Part shown: positions 58,812 to 64,000 of the stretch, piece after piece
Numbering within the stretch: the first letter of the stretch is position 1
Layout of the letters: the number at the start of each line of letters is the position of its first letter
Origin: a virus
Lineage: Duplodnaviria; Caudoviricetes
DNA length: 64,000 bases
IMG/VR virus record: IMGVR_UViG_3300034171_000062
Coordinates: 32,001 to 96,000 of that record
Strand: one strand, 5' to 3'
Translations under genes and position numbers: made by a program
The notes under the pieces: generated by a model
The model's input: only the letters and a program-made list of their open reading frames with translations
Told to the model about the DNA's origin: nothing
The model's database searches: none

Positions 58812-59816
58812 TTAGGTGAAGTTAGGTAGGTTCCCGGCCGATAGTGCTGAGTTGTTAGCAAAGCTGGCACTGTTGGTCACACTAGCAACGTTCCAGGCAC
58901 TTAGGTTCTGAGCCATGAGAGTGGCGGAGAGGAACATGTAGCTCATATTTGTTACGCTACTGACGTTCCAGGAATACAACGGTTGGTTGAAAACAGCAAC
59001 TGCGTTGAACATACCACTCATATTCGTCACACCACCGACGTTCCAACTGTTGAGGGGCTGGTTGAATACCGAGGCTATACCAAACATGTAATACATGCTA
59101 ACAACGTTACTCACATCCCAATGATCGATGTTGCTGTTGAAGTCGTCTGCATAGTAGAACATTTGATTACAGGTAGCTCCCGGTAAGAAGGTGGGGCCGT
59201 CACTGGCTGAGATGACAAACCCGCGCCGGTACGCAAACATAAAGTCAGCTGAAGCAAACTCTACCACACCCCACTGCATGACGTCTTTGATCTGACGCCG
59301 ACTTTCGGCTAAGGGGTTAGTAAAGCCGTTGATCGTACCATGTACTTCTACCGTGTATTGGCCTGGAGACGTATAATCGTGACTGGCAGCGCCCGTATAC
59401 GACTGGATGCTGCTGCCGTCTCCCCAATCAACCTCAACGGCACTGCCCGTAGCAAAGGCCAGAATCACGTTGGTAGCGCCTGCCGTCGTCCCTTCCGTAT
59501 CGATCAACAACTTCAGTCCGGCACCAAACAACTTACCGGTCGTTAGGATGGTCGCGATGTCATCCCGCACCAAGGCGTTCATACGCGCTGGGTTGGAGAA
59601 GAGTTGGTCGTCGTTCGTCACGTTGGGGTCGTCTTGTTTGACCCGGCCGAGTAAGACGGCGTACTCATCGCCCTTAGTTATGGCCAACGCTTTAGCGGCG
59701 TCTAGGTCGCCTTGGGTAGCGGTAGTGGCGTGGAAGTCAAAGACTGCCTGTTTGTAGTCGTTGACCGCATTGTTCATCTCAATGCGTTTCAAGTCTAAAT
59801 CCGAAAGAGTGGCCAT
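58812..59816 (-). CDS. PKD-like plus DUF285 (BspA-like repeat) surface protein
   Basis: VDWGDG...HDY..PGQYTV; repeated FNQPLxSWNVSxVTNMSxMF. Confidence 0.85.
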   Translation of the reverse strand: MATLSDLDLKRIEMNNAVNDYKQAVFDFHATTATQGDLDAAKALAITKGDEYAVLLGRVKQDDPNVTNDDQLFSNPARMNALVRDDIATILTTGKLFGAGLKLLIDTEGTTAGATNVILAFATGSAVEVDWGDGSSIQSYTGAASHDYTSPGQYTVEVHGTINGFTNPLAESRRQIKDVMQWGVVEFASADFMFAYRRGFVISASDGPTFLPGATCNQMFYYADDFNSNIDHWDVSNVVSMYYMFGIASVFNQPLNSWNVGGVTNMSGMFNAVAVFNQPLYSWNVSSVTNMSYMFLSATLMAQNLSAWNVASVTNSASFANNSALSAGNLPNFT

Positions 59817-59863
59817 AGCGTCGTCCGTAGGTAATGATATTTGTGTGTGTCATAAAATAGAGG

Positions 59864-59891
59864 CGACATAAGGGGAGGCCGTAGCCTCCCC
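59864..59891 (-). terminator. hairpin followed by TTATGTCG
   Basis: GGGGAGGC-TACG-GCCTCCCC-TTATGTCG (- strand). Confidence 0.7.
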
Positions 59892-59897
59892 AGCGAA

Positions 59898-60650
59898 TCA
59901 AATCGTGGGACGGGGGGGTATAACAAAGGTCGACTGAAAGTGATCGATGTACCATTTCCAATTCAGACCGATGAAAATCATGTCCCAAGTTTCAGTAATG
60001 GCGAGTCCCTGGGCGTTGGGGTCGGTGTTATCAAACATGGCGTTGACGGCAACGTCTGAGATAGCATCGGCGTATTTGGCCAGCAGACCGTTCAGCTTAC
60101 CCAAATCGCTGTCCCAAGCGGTGTTAACTACGTCGGGGTCCTCTTCCAAACGAGCGCTGCTGGCCAACGTGGGTTCCGGCGTGGCCATTGGGTCCTCGGC
60201 GATGTAGTCGTCGTAGTACGCCAGGGGGCGACCCACCACCGTTTCAATGAACCCGTTCATCACAAAGATCGATTTGGCGTTACTTTGATGGATAGTGCTG
60301 ACGTTGCCTGCCCCATGGCCGTAATGGACCGAGAGAAAGCCGTACAAGCCCGCTACGACGTCTTTAAGCTTTTGCTTGGACAATGGGGCATGTTTCACAT
60401 AACCCATCAGAGCAGCGTTGTAGGTCTCCCAGTAGGGGGTGTACTCTACGACCCCAGGTTGATCGGGTTGTTCCGACCTCTCGTACGTGTAGGCTTCCAT
60501 GGCCAAGAGTTTGTGGTAGAACGGAACGTCGTAAGCACCAACGTCTGGGGCTATGACGGATTGGGTGTGAGGTATGGTCAGACCCAGGGATTGCAGTTCG
60601 GCTCTAAGGTCCTCATCGGCAATGTCTTCATAGGGAATCGTAGCGGCCAT
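59898..60650 (-). CDS. hypothetical acidic protein
   Basis: AGGAG RBS; directly after PAAR. Confidence 0.7.
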   Translation of the reverse strand: MAATIPYEDIADEDLRAELQSLGLTIPHTQSVIAPDVGAYDVPFYHKLLAMEAYTYERSEQPDQPGVVEYTPYWETYNAALMGYVKHAPLSKQKLKDVVAGLYGFLSVHYGHGAGNVSTIHQSNAKSIFVMNGFIETVVGRPLAYYDDYIAEDPMATPEPTLASSARLEEDPDVVNTAWDSDLGKLNGLLAKYADAISDVAVNAMFDNTDPNAQGLAITETWDMIFIGLNWKWYIDHFQSTFVIPPRPTI

Positions 60651-60651
60651 C

Positions 60652-60957
60652 TCAGTCTCCTGCAGTTGAATCGGGTGAACCGGTAGTTAGAATGTAAGAC
60701 CCTCCAGGAAGGAGACCCACATCCCCTACTCGATGTATGCCTTGTCCTTCGGCTTGGGAGGTGGTGGACGTGGTGGCCACAATGCTGGTGTGCCCGCACG
60801 ACGACAGTCCCAAACTGAGTTTGGTGGTCACCGGGCGACCGTTGGCACCTACGGATTGGGCGCCTGTGATCATCACGGTGACTATGCTGAGGGTACTTGG
60901 GTGGGCTGAACAAAACCCAACGCCAATGTCACCGACCCGACCGTTTGCTTTACTCAT
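60652..60957 (-). CDS. PAAR-like spike tip protein
   Basis: RVGD...C..H...TGA..V..NGRP...CGH...HRVGD...TGSP. Confidence 0.8.
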   Translation of the reverse strand: MSKANGRVGDIGVGFCSAHPSTLSIVTVMITGAQSVGANGRPVTTKLSLGLSSCGHTSIVATTSTTSQAEGQGIHRVGDVGLLPGGSYILTTGSPDSTAGD

Positions 60958-60971
60958 GAGTAAGCTCCATC

Positions 60972-62648
60972 TTAAGCGTAGTAATTAATCAACCCAGGTT
61001 CGTAGTTTCCGTTAAGCATGGTCAACAGCTGTCCGCGTTGATTCGCTTTACTGGGGTCGAAGCTGATGTGGAGCCAGATGGAGTTACCGTGTTCAAAGAT
61101 CAACTGATCACACGGCAGATTGTCGGCGATCCATTCTGCGATCTCCAGATACTTTTGACTAGACCATCCAGCGCCTTGGATGTCTACTGCCATGCCGCGT
61201 ACGTGTTGACTGGTCCCTGTACCAACTCGGAAACATGAGTTGATCGTGAACTCACCCACCTCGTCTTCCAACGGTTGTAGGATTTTCTCTACGAGGGCCT
61301 GCATGTTGAACACGATGTCCTGAGAAGACAGACCGTTTTGAGCCACCACCGGATGAGAGAACGTGGCGTTCAGAGACAGATCTCCGATCGTGAAGTTCGA
61401 GGTCCCCAATTTCAGACTGTAGTCAACCTTTACACCGATCTCAGTAGTAGCCGTTACATCACCCGTCGGTTTCTCAGTAGACTGTCGATTCGAGGACGCA
61501 ATCGGTTTGCCCGTGTACCCAGTTGGCTTGGCGTCGTCTGGATAGAACGACGGGGTTGATCCGATCTCACTCTGTTCGTCCAAGGCGGCGTAACGACCCG
61601 CTTTGACTCGAACCGTTTCTGTGGCCTTGATGCCGTATTCGCGAGTTAATGAGATTGTATTGTCTGGACCCTCGACAACAACTTCCTTCTTAACGGTGCC
61701 GCCGATAGGAACTTTGGTACCGTCCTTAATCGACCCTGGGTCTACAGGACCGGCCATCCCCGCTTGGAAGTTAACCCCCACACCATCGAAGGCAACGGCG
61801 CCGTCTGAGAAGGTAGTGTGGCCACCCACGTGATACTGACCGGCCATGCCTGCAACAAATTCTGTCTTATTGCCCATGACACTGACGTTCCAGTTACCCA
61901 TGACCATTTGATTCAGATTGCCTTCGACAAACATGGTGGTGTCGCCACCAGATGAGATCTGCATCGTGTTGTCGCTGCGGACTCTGACCTGATCCTTGGC
62001 GTACCCGTATAAAGAGGTTTTGTTTAGGGTCACTTCGGTCAGGTCTTTGTTGATGGCCTGAAGTACCGTCTTCGTCGAATCCAGAGTGAGCGTGTTGCCT
62101 ACCTGATCGGTAATGAAGAACTTACCCGCGGCAGTGTCTAACTGTAGCGTGTATTCAAACGGCTCGCCGTTCGCTTGGGTGGTGTGTAGGGTAATGTGCT
62201 TACCGTGGGTGGACACCTCTAACGAATACATGTTCTCGGCCAGATTCAATTCGGCCGCTTCGTCTGGAGTGGCGCTCCACGCATAAATGACGGTCTCCAA
62301 GCGGCGCAGATCGTCGTCTATGCCCATGGGAGTCCAGTAGTATTGATCCACGTCGGCGTATTGCCAGATCAATAAGTGTTCCCCACGTCGGACGTCTGGA
62401 GAGGTCGCCCGATTGGTGCCGTAGGGCAACCAGTTGGCAGTAAGGGTGCTGGAGGTGTTGATCTTAACGGTGTATTGTCGATCGTTTTTATCAACACCGG
62501 ACAACTCCACTTCATCGAGCGACTCTCGGATTTCTCCGTCTGCCGCTGGCATCATCTCCACCGGATAGATGGGCAATTGATGACTGTCTAGTGCTTTGTT
62601 TTCTGCGGCGACTCCGATTGAGACGACGCGCAGTTTGGATTCAAACAT
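60972..62648 (-). CDS. baseplate central spike fused to a C-terminal Peptidase_M15 domain
   Basis: OB-like N-domain (ANWLP..NR.TSPDVRRGE); VxGN beta-helix repeats; C-terminal INSCFR...SQHxxxxxxD...WLH. Confidence 0.82.
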   Translation of the reverse strand: MFESKLRVVSIGVAAENKALDSHQLPIYPVEMMPAADGEIRESLDEVELSGVDKNDRQYTVKINTSSTLTANWLPYGTNRATSPDVRRGEHLLIWQYADVDQYYWTPMGIDDDLRRLETVIYAWSATPDEAAELNLAENMYSLEVSTHGKHITLHTTQANGEPFEYTLQLDTAAGKFFITDQVGNTLTLDSTKTVLQAINKDLTEVTLNKTSLYGYAKDQVRVRSDNTMQISSGGDTTMFVEGNLNQMVMGNWNVSVMGNKTEFVAGMAGQYHVGGHTTFSDGAVAFDGVGVNFQAGMAGPVDPGSIKDGTKVPIGGTVKKEVVVEGPDNTISLTREYGIKATETVRVKAGRYAALDEQSEIGSTPSFYPDDAKPTGYTGKPIASSNRQSTEKPTGDVTATTEIGVKVDYSLKLGTSNFTIGDLSLNATFSHPVVAQNGLSSQDIVFNMQALVEKILQPLEDEVGEFTINSCFRVGTGTSQHVRGMAVDIQGAGWSSQKYLEIAEWIADNLPCDQLIFEHGNSIWLHISFDPSKANQRGQLLTMLNGNYEPGLINYYA

Positions 62649-62741
62649 GTCACCACTCCTAAATGTTTCTTTCATTACATTAACGGGTTACAGTATGGAA
62701 TAAGACACAACACCGCCACCTTCAGGATTCGAGTGAGCGCT

Positions 62742-64000
62742 ATGTATATCAAAAAGCTAACGCTAGAAGGCTATAAACGCATTCTATTGAGCGACATAAA
62801 ATCGTTAACAATTACGATGGATAATCCCTACCAAGTTATTCTTGGCACCAACGGTAGCGGAAAAAGCTCTTTACTTCGGGAACTGTCTCCCTTACCGGGT
62901 GACCCGAAAGACTACCTCAAGGGCGGTCGAAAAGAAATCCACATAGAACACCACGACATTCAATATATTCTTTCGTCTACGTACAATGGGGCCAAACACC
63001 ACCACTCATTTCTCCAAGGCGGCGAAGAAAAGAACGACGGTGGAACCATCACAGTTCAAAAGGAACTGGTGAAGCAAGCGTTCGGCATCAACGAAGAGAT
63101 GCACAACCTTGTGACCGGTAAGTTGAAGTTGACCAACATGTCGCCTTCCAAACGTCGGGAAATGATCACCTTGATGTCCGATACCGACCTTACCTACGCC
63201 ATGGGCGTCTATAAGAAGCTGGCAACCATTACCCGTGACAACCAAGGGACCGTCAAACACTTGAAGAATCGGATTGCTCGGGAAACCGATAAGCTCCGAT
63301 CCATTGAAACCCACGACGACTTGGAAGGGAGCGTTAAGAAGCTGCAAGAAGAGTTGACGGTCCTTATGGAACACCGCCGGCCAGACCTTCCTCCACATCA
63401 AGACGTAGGACGCCGTTTACAAGCGACTCTCGATGAGGCAGCTCGACTTGCGGAGAAGATCCTGACACATCCCTACCGTGAAGGTGATGTGCACTACGGG
63501 TCACTGGAGGCGCTCTCAGAGGACGTGCAGGAAAAGCGCGGGGAACTGAAGAGTAAGCAAGACCTACTGTCTCACCACGCCAAACAACACCAAGAGTTGG
63601 AATCGGTGGTTGGGTCCTTGTCTGAGAACGGGGTGGGTAATCTGAGCGAGTTGACCGATAAGGCCGAGAAGTTGAAAACTCGGATCTCTGGGATACGTCA
63701 AAAGATCGGCGAGTTCCAGTTCGAGGGCGACTTAACGGATCTGGAAAGCGATGCTCAGTCCATCAAGATACAGTTAGTGGACGTCCTCAGTTCGCTACCA
63801 GACAACGGAGAGCGTCAGTTTTCCAAGTCTAAGTTGGAAGTCGTCGAGACTCGCTTGACTCAACTGCGCTCGGAAGGCGATGCCAATCGATCCAAACAGC
63901 GCCGTGCCGATAAAGAGATCGACCACATCCTCAGCACAAAAGAAAACACCTGCCCTAAGTGCAGTTACATTTGGCGGGATGGTGTGTCTGAAGGTGACGT
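62742..64000 (+). CDS. SbcC/Rad50-like SMC ATPase (partial, runs off the window)
   Basis: MYIKKLTLEGYKR...ILGTNGSGKSS Walker A, long coiled coil, CPKC zinc hook near the window end. Confidence 0.88.
   Translation, partial: MYIKKLTLEGYKRILLSDIKSLTITMDNPYQVILGTNGSGKSSLLRELSPLPGDPKDYLKGGRKEIHIEHHDIQYILSSTYNGAKHHHSFLQGGEEKNDGGTITVQKELVKQAFGINEEMHNLVTGKLKLTNMSPSKRREMITLMSDTDLTYAMGVYKKLATITRDNQGTVKHLKNRIARETDKLRSIETHDDLEGSVKKLQEELTVLMEHRRPDLPPHQDVGRRLQATLDEAARLAEKILTHPYREGDVHYGSLEALSEDVQEKRGELKSKQDLLSHHAKQHQELESVVGSLSENGVGNLSELTDKAEKLKTRISGIRQKIGEFQFEGDLTDLESDAQSIKIQLVDVLSSLPDNGERQFSKSKLEVVETRLTQLRSEGDANRSKQRRADKEIDHILSTKENTCPKCSYIWRDGVSEGD

Overview
64-kb segment of a phiKZ-like jumbo phage genome, inferred from gene content. 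The likely host is a Gammaproteobacterium, judging by a host-like LigA and a spanin pair. Left part (1-24.7 kb, + strand): probable portal, a virion protein, a RuvC-like resolvase, an overlapped spanin pair, then small accessory genes (HAD hydrolase, NAD-dependent ligase, winged-helix and AraC-like HTH proteins, an RNAP alpha-CTD-like protein). Right part (24.7-62.7 kb, mostly - strand): a tail/baseplate module with a spike-M15 peptidase fusion, PAAR, several NPH-repeat fibres, an S74-chaperone fibre, DUF285 and ILEI proteins, an endolysin and a ubiquitin-like protein. An SbcC/Rad50-like ATPase runs off the right end. The main result is a ~22-kb biosynthetic-type cluster (26.6-48.8 kb) inside the tail-fibre module. 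It encodes six radical-SAM proteins (one apparently starting at ATT), a JmjC/cupin, two 2OG-Fe(II) oxygenases, a FabB/F ketosynthase, five Delta9-type desaturases and two glycosyltransferase-like proteins. It also holds two candidate substrates: a protein ending (CHxx)3-RGRR and a Thr-rich needle-like tip protein. My hypothesis is that the cluster chemically decorates virion or fibre proteins. All family assignments come from motif recognition by eye; no database searches were run.
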